The notes beneath the pieces are model-generated. The model was not told where the DNA came from. It ran no database searches and saw only the letters and a program-made list of their open reading frames with translations. Below, in pieces: positions 8,266-18,836 of a stretch of 64,000 bases of DNA. The translations under genes and the position numbers were made by a program. The DNA is from an uncultured Nitrospinota bacterium. Its GTDB lineage: Bacteria; Tectomicrobia; Entotheonellia; J063; CAVPRW01. Location of the stretch: assembly GCA_963707985.1 (NCBI GenBank), contig CAVPRW010000032.1:151919-215918 (forward strand). The letters are read 5' to 3'. Within the stretch, counting starts at the first letter, position 1. Each line of letters opens with the position of its first letter.

Positions 8266-8471
8266 CGGTCGTAGAGATACCGATCATGGTGGAGGGAGGC
8301 ATCCTCCACATCGAGGATGATCGGCTGCGTACCAAGGGCACGTATCGGGTCATCCGCTTGCACAGGCACGACAATGATCAGGTTTTGTTCTTTCTGGATC
8401 TCCACCTCCTCAATGCCTTCCAGCCACGCTTTAGGAATGTTCACCCCGTTTTCTGTCACTTTTGTGCGCAT
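8262..8471 (-). CDS. AbrB/VapB-like antitoxin
   Basis: MRTKVTENGVNIPK...; ATGA overlap with vapC; C-terminal HDRYLY. Confidence 0.75.
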   Translation of the reverse strand: MRTKVTENGVNIPKAWLEGIEEVEIQKEQNLIIVVPVQADDPIRALGTQPIILDVEDASLHHDRYLYDR

Positions 8472-8490
8472 CGGACGCTCCTGGACAAAG

Positions 8491-8517
8491 TGTGATGGTC
8501 AAGTAAAAACGGACACT
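8491..8517. mobile_element. Possible orphan IS terminal repeat (IS3-like)
   Basis: TGTGATGGTCAAGTAAAAACGGACACT resembles IS3-family ends; no partner end seen. Confidence 0.4.
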
Positions 8518-8528
8518 GAGTTAAGCTA

Positions 8529-9816
8529 CCTGGTTGACTGACAAACGTGAGGCGTGCCCTGCCATACTCCTCGAATCGGGTTATACTCTCTTTGGGACAA
8601 CCTTTTCCAAGGAGGGTAGCCATGGAGCACACGCCTCGGCTCTATGATACGCTGGTGCACATCTGACGCCAACATCAAAAGTGGCTCGATCGGCGCCACC
8701 TCAAGACGCTAGCCTGGATGATGGTGGGTCTTATGCCCTCGGAGCTGATGAGCCTCACGTCTTGGGCTCCGTACGTCCAGAGTCGAGCCGTTTAGGCGCC
8801 AAGTACCGTGCGACGGTTGGCCCGATGGCTCAACAACCCGAGGATCGAGAGCGCTCCTCTCGACGGCCCACTCATCGCCCACGCGTGAGCTGACTGGCGT
8901 GAGCAGGTGCGGTATCTGGCCTTAGATACGTCGCTGCTGTGGAATACCTAGTGTCTTGTGCGGCTGGCGGTCATCTATCGCGGGCGCGCCATCCCCCTCG
9001 TCTGGCAGGTGTTGGAACATCCGAGCAGCCGTGTCCGCTAGGACATCTATCACGCGTGGTTGGACGAGGCCACGAAGCTTCTTCCCCAGCAGGGCCACGT
9101 GATCTTTCTCGCCGATCGTGGGTTCGCTGATACGCCTCTGATGGCCCATCTGACCCGCTTGGGCTGGCATTGGCGTATCCGCATGCAGAAGCACGGCTGG
9201 ATCTATCGTCGGGGACATCGCCGCTGTCAGCGTGAGCGCCTCTCTCTGACACCGGGCCAAGCCTGGTGCTGGCACGATGTCTTGATGACCGAGCAGCCGT
9301 ATGGTCCTGTGCCTCTGGCGATGGCACAGTGCCAGGGCAACAAAGAATAGTGGTTTGTGGTCAGTGATGCACCAACCACCGTGCAGACGTTTGATGAGTA
9401 TGGCCGTCGATGCGATATCGAAGAGCACTTCCTAGACGATCAATCAACCGGATTTCCGCTGGAATCGTCGCTGATCCGCTCGGCTCAGGCGCTGGCGCGT
9501 CTGTGTTTGGTCCTGGCGATGACCACCCTTGACCTGGTCTCGCAGGGGACAGCAGTCGTGAAACAGGGCAAACGTCGCTGCGTGGACCCACATGGGTTTC
9601 GAGGCCAGAGCGATCTGAACATTGGCTGGAATTGGGTGAAACTGGCCCTCAGCAGGGGCTACGAGCTCATAACCCGCTTGCATGTATCTGCTGAAGCCGA
9701 TCCGGAACCAGCGATGGCCTCAAAACGCCAGGCCCAGAAACAACCACAGCTTTTTATCGCGCTTGAGTTTCACGATGCTGTCGCATGATAGTCCAGAGTT
9801 TTGTCAGTCAACCAGG
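8529..9816 (+). mobile_element. IS4-family insertion sequence, degenerate
   Basis: Perfect 17-bp TIRs CCTGGTTGACTGACAAA (8529-8545) / TTTGTCAGTCAACCAGG (9800-9816). Confidence 0.85.
8622..9788 (+). pseudogene. IS4-family DDE transposase pseudogene
   Basis: Fragments YLALDTSLLW, FLADRGFAD and YGRRCDIEEHFLDD (YREK-like) are broken by several in-frame stops (e.g. 8664, 9348). Confidence 0.88.
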
Positions 9817-9904
9817 CCCGACGACTCGAACTCGTAACATGCGCAGCGGTCGCTTCGAATAGCGCTCAGATGCGCTGAGGAGAGCACCGCGAGAGGAAAC
9901 GGCC

Positions 9905-10811
9905 ATGAAACTTCTCTATCCTCGATGTTGTGTGTTGGACGTGCAGCAACAGCACGATCGTGGCCTGTCTGCGCCTGCAGGACGTCGACAGCCCGGCACA
10001 CAAAGAGGTCCGGACATTCGGAAGCGAAATCTCGGACGTGGTCATGCTGTCGAATTGGCTGGCTGGCCATGGGGTCACCCATGTGGCCATCAAGCCCAGT
10101 GCTGGGTCTTGGAAACCGCTTTACCAGGCGCTGCAGCAGGCTTTCACGGTGCTGCTGATCGATCCTGCACACGCAACAGACGTGAAGGATATCCAGTGGA
10201 TCGCCGATTTGCTGGCCTACGGGCTGGTGCAGAGCCAGGTGGTCACGCCCTCGGCTGTTCAAGAAGTCCCACCTACGTCTCGACGTACACGTCTCGCCTT
10301 GGTCGCTGTGTTGTTCACCGTGCTCCTGGCCATCTATGGGGTGTGGAAGACTGGCAGCCGTGTGGATCCCCAACCCCAGCCAACGCCAGCGCCGCTCCCC
10401 AGCGTCCGGTGGCAGCAACTCCAGGTGAACTACCAACACTCGGCGGGAGAGCCCTTCACGTTGCCGCTGCCTACCCTGGAACGCACACCTGAGAAAGTGC
10501 CTGTCAAAATTATGCTTGAGCCCTCGATGGCAACGGCTAGCTGGCTGCAGCTCGACCGCGAACGATTGCAGATGCAAGGGAGCGCTCCACTCACGGCTGC
10601 GGGCCAGACCTATCAGCTCATCGTGCGTGCCCAAGCTGAGCACGGCAGCGAGAGTCGATTGCAGGTCGCTCTCACCATTACGGACCCAACACAACCTCCG
10701 CCTTCAGCTACTGACTCTCCCCCGCCACCTCCACCCCCTTCACCGCAGCCACAGAGTCCCGATCGTCCATCGGATGCAACCGGCACGATGAAGATATGGC
10801 ACTTCTGGTGA
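9905..10811 (+). CDS. Chimeric protein: IS110 transposase N-terminal (DEDD/RuvC-like) domain, TM helix, Ig-like domain and Pro-rich tail; one-base frameshift near 9950
   Basis: MKLLYPRCCVLDV joins TIVAC...EVRTFG...WLAGHGVTHVAI...WKPLY...TDVKDIQWIADLLAYGL; then LALVAVLFTVLLAIYGVW and SWLQLD...GSAP...YQLIVRA. Confidence 0.7.
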
Positions 10812-11349
10812 GGCGAGAGGCGAACTAACGCTGGCTCACCCACACCCATCCATGCGTTCATCTATTGTCATCTTTCTTTGTTGGGACACCAGGTCGGTTC
10901 TATACTGCACATGTACGGCTTCCTCCTCTCCGGACGGCACATCCTGATCTCTCATAATCCTGTAATACTCCCACACTCTGCCCCATCTCCCGAAGGCGCA
11001 ACGACGAGCCGAAGATACTGCAAGACGTTTCATCCCCACTTAGTTTCTCCTTTCTCAATTTCCGCAGATCCTATGACCCCTTCTTGACCCTTTGCACGCC
11101 AGCTACGTCTACCCCACAAAAATTGCCTGCCACAGACATGAAGGCGGGGACCTTCTGTGAGCGCTTTTGTCAGGCACATGAGCCGCACAGGACCGATCCC
11201 TGAGTACCTAGAGCCGGCCCTTGCCTGTGCGCCATCGCAAGCACCGAGAATCGTGACGGATGCCGCAAGGAAAACGTCCCAAGCTATGGGCTCCCTGACG
11301 GATGGCCAGGGTTCCCCTCCATTCCAAAAGCATTATGAGAAAAATCTTC

Positions 11350-11422
11350 TTGACATAAAAATTTACCTAATATACCATCGTATCCTAAAGTATGATATTC
11401 ATTATCAAAATATCATACTTTA
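11350..11422 (+). promoter_or_regulatory. sigma70 promoter followed by a 14-bp perfect inverted repeat
   Basis: TTGACA(11350)-N17-TACCAT(11373); TAAAGTATGATATT-N9-AATATCATACTTTA (11386-11422). Confidence 0.65.
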
Positions 11423-11632
11423 TCATGTTTCTAGTCCTCTATCAGGTAAGGTGGCCGTTTTTTGATGACCTCGAGGTTTCATGCTCGACTGTGGTAACGT
11501 CAATCGTGCGGGGTTCCCCACACCCGTCACAGGCGACATCCCGAAATTGGTGGAACACGAACTGCGTTTGGAAACGTATAGTGACGGTGCAGTGATTGGT
11601 GTCTGACTGAGGGAGTTATCTCGTTAGATGGC

Positions 11633-13345
11633 ATGATGTCGAGGGCAGGAAGGTTGATGATGCCCTCATCGAACCGCAAGTTACCCCCGGAACCTTTCGA
11701 CGCCCGCTTCGCAGCGGCCATTCGCTGTGTTCTTGCTGCAGCTGTTCTGCTGGTCTTGACCATTGACCCGGAGTCGCGCCTGAGCTTTCCGGGGATGGCC
11801 CATCTCGTGTTAGTCCTTTACTTTACCTACAGCATTCTTCTCTACACCGCCGCACACTGGTGGCATTCGACTCTGTCGGTCGCCATGGAACCCTGGCTGG
11901 ATGTCGGTTGGGCTGTCACCCTGACAGTGTTGAGCAGCGATCCACGTGACATCCTCGCTGGATTCCTCTTCTTTGCCATTCTCGTCACCGCCTTCCAATG
12001 GGGATCGGCGCCTGGATTTCGCCTGGCTCGGGTCGTGGCCATCATGATCCTCAGCCTCGGGATGGCTCTGGGGTATAGTGATGGGGATGCCGGCACCCGC
12101 TATGCCTACATGGGCGCCGCCGCGATGTGTATGTGGGGGTACTTGGCGGTCTCCTTCAGAACGCAGGAGATCAGGCACAAGCGGCGCCTGGCCTTGCTCA
12201 AAGATCTCAGCCGACTGTCAAATCCGCGCTTTGGCGTCGATCATACCCTAGGGATGGTGGCTGAGCGACTGCGTGCCTTCTTCGACGCTGATGCCTGCCT
12301 GCTCATCACACCCGCTCCATGTCGCCTAGAGTACCAGTTACGACGTGCCGAGCGCCAGAGCCCCGGCCACGCGGTGCGGGCTGAGGTCCTGCCCATGGCC
12401 TTAACGCATCTCTTGTTGGCCTGGTCAGAGCAAGACGCTGTCATCTTCAGCGGGCGACATTGGTTCTGGCAACGGTGTTTCCCAACGGCCGGCGCCGGGG
12501 TCATCGACCTAGGGCGGGGGACGTGGAGCACGGCGGATGAGGGGCGCAGTGAAGCGATAGCCACAATGCTCGATGCCATGGCATTTATCACGGTGCCGCT
12601 GTTCTCTTCAGATCTGTTCAGCGGCCGCCTATACATTACGGCAGGAAGACGGGGTGTGTTCGATCCGGAGGATGTAGAATTTTTGCTGCTAGTTTTCGAG
12701 CAGACAATTCCGCTGCTGCAGAACATTAATCTCGTGGATCAGTTAGCCTCAGATGCCGCTGACGCCGAGCGGCAACGGATTGCGCTCGATTTCCATGATC
12801 GGGTGATCCAGCCCTATATCGGGCTCCAAATGGGATTGGAGGCCATTCGCCAAAAACTCAGCCTGGGCGATACCGATATCACGCACGATATCGATTGCTT
12901 GCTAGACCTGACCAAGGATGAGCTTGCCGCAGCTTCGCCATCTGGTGCAGGGCTTGAAAAACGGCGGCGAACGTGTGAGCGACCTGGTGTCGGCCATCCA
13001 ACGATTTGGCCGCAAATTCATGGCGGCCACCGGCATTCAGGTGCAGGTCGACGTCCACGGTGAACCGCACGTCAATGATCGCCTGGCCACCGAGGTCTTC
13101 CATATCGTCGCCGAAGGGCTCAGTAATGTCCGACGGCATACGTTCGCCACCACAGCCAGCATTACATTAATACAAGCAAAATAGTCATCTCAGCGTACAG
13201 ATCTGCAATGATGGCCTGGAGGGCACGACTTTCGAGCCCTTTTCGCCCCGTTCCATCACCGAACGCACTATGGCCCTTGGCGGGCAGGTACGTGTTGAGC
13301 GCCAAGGCCAAACGCACGTAGCGGTCATTGCGGAAATTCCCTTGG
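11633..13345 (+). CDS. Membrane sensor histidine kinase (multi-TM, GAF, HisKA_3, HATPase); frameshifts near 12920 and 13180; end approximate
   Basis: ERQRIALDFHDRVIQ H-box; ORF 12918..13184 supplies the IVAEGLSNVRRH N-box. Confidence 0.8.
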
Positions 13346-13357
13346 AGGAGCAATCGC

Positions 13358-14113
13358 ATGCACTCGGGCGATGGCAAGGCGCCAGCGTTCCCCGTGAACC
13401 ACCCTACGCTGAGGGATCGGCGCGCGAGCCCGTTTCCGAATGAGAGCCAAACGATCCGCGTGCTGATCATCGATGATCACGCGGTGATTCGCGCGGCTTT
13501 ACGGATGTTCCTCGACAGTCAACCCGGTGTCGTCGTGGTGGGCGAGGGTTCCGGCCCTGGGGATGCTCTCGCGATTGCTACCCTTGAGCATCCGGACATC
13601 ATCCTGCTTGACCTCGATCTCGGAGAGTCCAATGGCCTTGATTTGATGCCCCAATTGCAGATCGCCGCGCCAAAAGCACATGTCATCGTGCTCACCGGCG
13701 TTCGCGACCTGGACATGCATCGCCGCGCCGTTCGCCTGGGCGCCATGGGGCTGGTGCGTAAGGAAAGAGCCGCCGAGGCTCTCCTCGACGCTATCGTCAA
13801 AGTCCATGCCGGCGAGGTCTGGGCCGATGGCCTTCTGCTGGCCAGTGTGTTGTCTGAGATGACCCGTCCATGGTCTCACCACTCCCCCAACCCAGAAGAG
13901 ATCAAAATCAGGGCACTGACGCCTCGGGAGCGTGAGCTCATCGCCATGATCGGCCAGGGTCTCAGGAACCAGACGATTGCTGATCGTCTCTGTATCAGCG
14001 AAGCCACCGTGCGCCATCACCTGACATCGATCTACTCGAAGCTCAGCGTTGGGGATCGGCTTGAGTTAGCGATCTATGCATATCGGCATGGGTTGGCCTC
14101 CTTTCTCGCCTAA
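13358..14113 (+). CDS. NarL/LuxR-family response regulator
   Basis: VLIIDDH...PDIILLDL receiver; LTPRERE...GLRNQTIADRLCISEATVRHH LuxR HTH. Confidence 0.93.
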   Translation: MHSGDGKAPAFPVNHPTLRDRRASPFPNESQTIRVLIIDDHAVIRAALRMFLDSQPGVVVVGEGSGPGDALAIATLEHPDIILLDLDLGESNGLDLMPQLQIAAPKAHVIVLTGVRDLDMHRRAVRLGAMGLVRKERAAEALLDAIVKVHAGEVWADGLLLASVLSEMTRPWSHHSPNPEEIKIRALTPRERELIAMIGQGLRNQTIADRLCISEATVRHHLTSIYSKLSVGDRLELAIYAYRHGLASFLA

Positions 14114-14142
14114 GCCCTTGAGGTCCTTATCTCGGCTTTTCT

Positions 14143-14290
14143 CTCACCATCTTCCCATAGGCAGACGATGAGAGGACTTCGCACAGCCGGCTCGCGACCA
14201 GGAGTTGGCGACGCTCCGGCGCAAGTGTGTCGTGGGGGCGGTCCTCAGCGCCCTGGTGCTGGTGGGCAGCATGCCGGATTGGGTGCTCTG
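14143..14290 (+). pseudogene. Internally deleted, diverged copy of the copA promoter and part of its coding region
   Basis: 14143-14166 matches 16280-16303; about 14172-14290 matches copA 16798-16918 ([23 protein letters not shown]). Confidence 0.75.
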
Positions 14291-14449
14291 CATGTCTGTC
14301 AGCCTCGCAGACCATGTGCGAATCTGAGGACAGGAGTCACTACTCCCCCGAGGTGAACGCGATAGCACCGCCAGGGGGCCAGGTTGCATCCGCCGCGCTC
14401 GGAGATGGCTTCCAAGCACATGCGTCATGAAGCTGGCCGCCCGTGGTCC

Positions 14450-14850
14450 CTGTGCTGGCAGTGGCCCATAGACCACCCTATGCGGCAGATACGTGGCTCG
14501 GCTTTTCAGCTTCTGGAAGAAGCCCTGCTCTTTTGTCAGCGTCATCTGCCTCTTCCTGGGCGAATCGAACCCGGTCGGCTTGAACGTATGGATCGACCTC
14601 TGATTCCCCCTGAAGCCCTGCGTGGAATCTTGGTCAATGCCTTGATCCACCGTGATTGCACTATTGCAGGCGGCGCGGTGGCACTGGCGATCTTCGATGA
14701 CCGTGTTGAGATTCTGGAGCGCTGGACGGCTCCCCACAGAGATCACCCCCGATGATCTGTCGTACGAACACGATTCGATTCAACGCGATCCGGTCATTGC
14801 TGAGGTGTTCTACCGTGCAGGACTCATCAAAAAGTGGGGAGGTGGCACCG
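14450..14850 (+). pseudogene. Fragment of an AlbA_2/HATPase_c_4 (RecG C-terminal-like) ATP-binding regulator
   Basis: IPPEALRGILVNALIHRD...IFDDRVEI and frameshifted GRLP...RDPVIAEVFYRAGLIKKWGGG. Confidence 0.65.
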
Positions 14851-15029
14851 AAGCCTCCTGGATCGGCGTCACTTCGGAAATACAGAGGCGACGATGGGAT
14901 GATTTCACAGCGTACTCAGGGTATACTGTCGGCGCAGTCATCGGCACACCTGGATGTCCAACGCCTCTGTCCTGTGTGACTCGGGCGTGGATACATTCGT
15001 TGTGGTTGGCTAGACGGACGAGCTTTCCC

Positions 15030-15931
15030 ATGCCTTTTGAGCTTCGAGACTTCCAAGATCTGTTACGGCTGCTGCGGGAACACCCCGACTGGCGAGAGGA
15101 ATTGCGAGCGCTCCTCCTGACCCAGGAACTCCTGACCCTGCCCCTCCTAGTACGGGAGCTGGCCGAGGCGGTGGCTCGCCTGACTGAGCAACAGGTGCAG
15201 CTCACGGCACGGGTGGATCAGCTCACGGCACGGATGGATCAGCTCACGGCACGGGTGGATCAGCTCACGGCGCGGGTGGAGCAGCTCACGGACGGGCACG
15301 GATGGATCAGCTCACGGCACGGATGGATCAGCTCACGGCACGGATGGATCAGCTCACCGAGACAGTGGCCCAGCTGGTTGAAGGGCAACAGCGGTTGACC
15401 GAGCAACAGGCGCAGCTCACCGAGGTCGTAGCCCGTCTGGCCGAGGGGCAAGAGCGGCTCGTGATACAGATGGGCGAGGTGCGCGGCTGGGCCCTGGAGC
15501 AGCGCTACCACACCCAGGCTCCAGCTTATTTCGGGCGCTTCCTGCGTCGGGTGCAGCCAGTAGACGTCGGAAGGTTCGCTGATGCCCTGAAAGACCGGTT
15601 GGCGGAAGGGGAATTGGCAGAAGTGTTGCTCGCCGACCTCATCCTGACCGGACGTCTGTCCACCCCAAGTGGGCTTCAGACGATCTGGGTGGTGCTGGAG
15701 GTATCGGCCACGGTGGATCGTGACGATGTGGAGCGGGCCCAGCGGCGAGCGGCTGTGCTACGCCAAGCGCGCTACCCGGCGGTGGCGGTAGCCGCGGGCA
15801 TGGAGGCGACGGCAGGCGCACGCCAGGCGGCACGCGACGCGGGGGTCGCGCTGCTCTTCGACGGCCGCATCGACGGGTGGCAAGAAGCCCTGGATCGCAG
15901 GCTGGCCGAGGGGGAAGCAGGGTCGGCGTGA
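15030..15931 (+). CDS. Heptad-repeat coiled-coil protein with a C-terminal restriction-endonuclease-like domain; frameshifted within the repeat
   Basis: MPFELRDFQDLLRLLREHPDWREELRALLLT start; QLTAR(V/M)D repeats; ADLIL...VVLEVSATVDRDDVERA C-domain. Confidence 0.72.
15198..15357 (+). repeat. 21-bp tandem repeat (about 7.4 units)
   Basis: CAGCTCACGGCACGGRTGGAT units; the fifth unit has 5 extra nt. Confidence 0.92.
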
Positions 15932-16282
15932 CCAGCCCCCGGCTTGCTTCGTCAACAGCCGTCTGGGCTCAGGTCCCTGGAGGCTGCAGCTGGGTGGCAC
16001 CTTGAGCACGCGTGGGCACCGTCGCTACCGTCGCCAGCTCTGGGATTTTCCCATACAGCTCACGCACAGTCAACGTAGCCAATCACGGGCTTCGCTCAAT
16101 CGCCGCTGCCTACAGATGAGACCTTCCCACTCCAGATAGTCCTGTTCTACCTCCACACCTCTCTGGCCACTTTGCCCCCGCACCAGCGCGCGCAGCAGCG
16201 CCAGTGCGGGAGTGGACTGCCTGCTCAATCGGCTGCCCACGAATGTTGGTCACGCTCAGGTCATTTCCGCGGCTCCTCGCTC

Positions 16283-16306
16283 ACCATCTTCCCGTAGGCA
16301 GATGGT
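16283..16306. promoter_or_regulatory. Palindrome upstream of copA; candidate metalloregulator operator
   Basis: ACCATCT-N10-AGATGGT just before a CATGAT -10-like hexamer. Confidence 0.45.
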
Positions 16307-16365
16307 GGCATGATGTGTTATGGTTATGCCAAGGTTGGATAGAGGGTGCGAGGAGGAGATCCCGC

Positions 16366-18796
16366 ATGCGGCAGACAACGGTGGATTTGAGTGTGAGCGG
16401 CATGTCATGTGCCAGCTGCGTGGCGAGTCTGGAGGCTGCGCTGGGACGTGTGCCCGGCGTCACTGCTGTCCACGTCAACCTCGCCACCGAACGGGCCACG
16501 ATGACCTATGATGCCGACGCAACCTCTGTGCAAACCCTGGCCCAGGCGGTCGAGGATGCCGGTTATCAGGTACGGACAGAAACGGTAACGCTGCCAATCC
16601 ACGGAATGACCTGTGCCGCCTGCGTCAATACGCTGGAGCGCGGCCTGCGCCAGGCCAACGGCGTGCTCTCCGCCACGGTCAATCTGGCCACGGAGCGTGG
16701 GACGGTGACCTATCTGCCCGCGCTTATCGCCCCCCAGGAACTACGCCAGGTGGTCGAAGATTTAGGCTACGAAGTCCTAGAGGCCACCGGTCCTGTCGAG
16801 GACTTCGAACAGAAGTCGCGCGACCAGGAAATGGCGACGCTCCGGCGCAAGTTTGTCGTGGGAGCGATCCTCAGCGCCCTGGTGATGGTGGGCAGCATGC
16901 CCGAGTTGGTGCCCTGGTGGCCGACCATCCTCACCAACCACGTGACTCTGTGGGCGTTGACCACGCCGGTCCAATTCTGGGTTGGCTGGCAGTTTCTGCG
17001 GGGGTTTGGCAAGGCTCTGCGCCACGGCACCGCGGATATGAACACGCTGGTGAGCGTCGGCACCATGGCCGCCTACCTCTATAGCGTCGGCGTCACAGTC
17101 GCGCCATGGTTGTTCAGCGCCGAAGGCATCCATGTCGCCGTCTACTTCGATACCGCTGCCGTCCTCATCACGCTCATCGTACTGGGGCGCTGGCTGGAGG
17201 CCAAGGCCCGTGGACACACCTCGGAGGCCATCAAGCGTTTACTTGGACTCCAACCCAAGACGGCTCGCGTGCGCCGTGGTGGCGAAGAGGTTGAGATCGC
17301 GGTGGAAGCGGTGCGCCTCGGCGACCTCATCGTCGTGCGCCCTGGCGAGAAAATTCCGGTGGATGGTCTGGTGCGGGAAGGTCATTCCGCGGTGGATGAG
17401 TCCATGCTCACCGGCGAGAGCCTGCCGGTTGAGAAATCTCCAGGTGCGTCAGTGGTGGGCGCGAGCCTGAATAAAACTGGAATGTTCGTGTTCGAGGCCA
17501 CACGCGTCGGTAAGGACACCGTTCTGGCGCAGATCATCCAGTTGGTGGAATCGGCCCAGGGCTCGAAAGCGCCGATTCAACGCCTGGCCGATCAGATCGC
17601 TGGCGTCTTCGTACCCATTGTGGTCGGGATTGCGGCGGTGACCTTCGCCGTCTGGTATGCCCTGGGTCCAGATCCCGCCTTCACCTACGCCTTATCAAAT
17701 TTTATGGCCGTGCTGTTGATCGCCTGCCCCTGTGCGCTGGGATTGGCCACGCCCACTGCGATTATGGTGGGCACGGGTCGGGGAGCGGAGCAGGGGATTT
17801 TGATCAAGAGCGCCGAGAGCCTGGAGACGGCCCATCGGGTGCAGACCGTGATCTTCGATAAGACCGGCACGCTGACCCGTGGCGAGCCCGTGGTCACTGA
17901 GGTGGTGGCGGTCGATGAGGTGGGGAAGGCTACAGCCATACGGTTGGCGGCCGCGGCCGAATGGGGGTCGGAGCACCCGCTTGGTCAGGCCATCGTCGCG
18001 AAAGCCCAGGAAGACGGCATCGCGGTGGTGCCGGGGGAGGATTTCGAGGCGTTTCCCGGCCATGGCATACAGGCGCATGTTGAGGGTACACTCGTGCGTT
18101 TGGGAACACGACAGTTCCTGATGGATCATGGCATCGCGCTCAACGGCCTGGAAAAAGAGGCCGAGCGCTTGGCCGAGGCCGGTCAGACACCGATGTATGT
18201 CGCCGTGGACGCCACGGCCATCGGGGTCATCGCCGTGGCGGATACGCTGAAACCGAGCGCACGAGCCGCTGTGGAGGCGCTACAGTGCGATGGGCCTCGA
18301 GGTGGCGATGATCACCGGGGATCACGCCCGCACGGCGGCGGCGATTGCCCGGCAGGTCGGTATCGATCGCGTGCTGGCGCAGGTGCTGCCGCAGGAGAAA
18401 GCGGCCAAGGTCAAGGAACTGCAGGCCGAGGGTCGAGTGGTGGCGATGGTCGGGGATGGCATCAACGATGCCCCCGCCCTGGCCCAGGCGGATGTAGGGA
18501 TCGCTCTGGGAACCGGCACGGACGTGGCGATCGAAACCGCCGATATCGTCCTGCTGCGGGAAGATTTGCTCGGAGTCGCCACGGCCATCCGCTTGAGTCG
18601 ACGCACCATGCGGACGATTCGTCAGAATCTGTTCTGGGCCTTTTTCTACAACGCGATGCTGATCCCAGTAGCGGCCGGTGTGCTCTATCCGTTCTTCGGG
18701 ATTTTGCTCAATCCGATGCTTGCCGGGGCGGCCATGGCGTTTAGCTCGGTCTCGGTGGTGGCAAATTCGCTGCGCTTGCGACGGTTCACCGCCTGA
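16366..18796 (+). CDS. copA: Cu(I)-translocating P1B-type ATPase; frameshift near 18285
   Basis: Two GMxCxxC HMA domains, [25 protein letters not shown] 18290..18796 supplies [10 protein letters not shown] and MAFSS. Confidence 0.95.
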
Positions 18797-18836
18797 TCAG
18801 TGCTGTAGCCAGCAGGAGGGAAACAGGTCGGCACAC

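Larger units (their letters stand above)
1..8490 (-). mobile_element. Integron gene-cassette array with no integrase in the window (CALIN-like or truncated integron); probably continues left of the window
   Basis: Co-oriented minus-strand ORFs are separated by about 10 imperfect palindromes bounded by RYYYAAC...GTTRRRY-type boxes. The core boxes flanking each cassette are complementary or nearly so (e.g. GTTGGGC 2968 / GCCCAAC 4445; GTTAGGC 4520 / GCCTAAC 6127; GTTCGGT 6970 / ACCGAAC 7775). GC content differs between cassettes. Confidence 0.92.

Noticed and set aside
15198..15357. 21-bp repeats as CRISPR
   Set aside because: The units are head-to-tail with no spacers and encode protein heptads.
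15960..16270. Possible minus-strand gene remnant upstream of copA
   Set aside because: Only short coding-like stretches with stops; no family can be supported.
18290..18744. Novel Gly/Arg-rich C-terminus of the 846-aa ATPase ORF
   Set aside because: Out-of-frame read-through after the frameshift; the real C-terminus is ORF 18290..18796.
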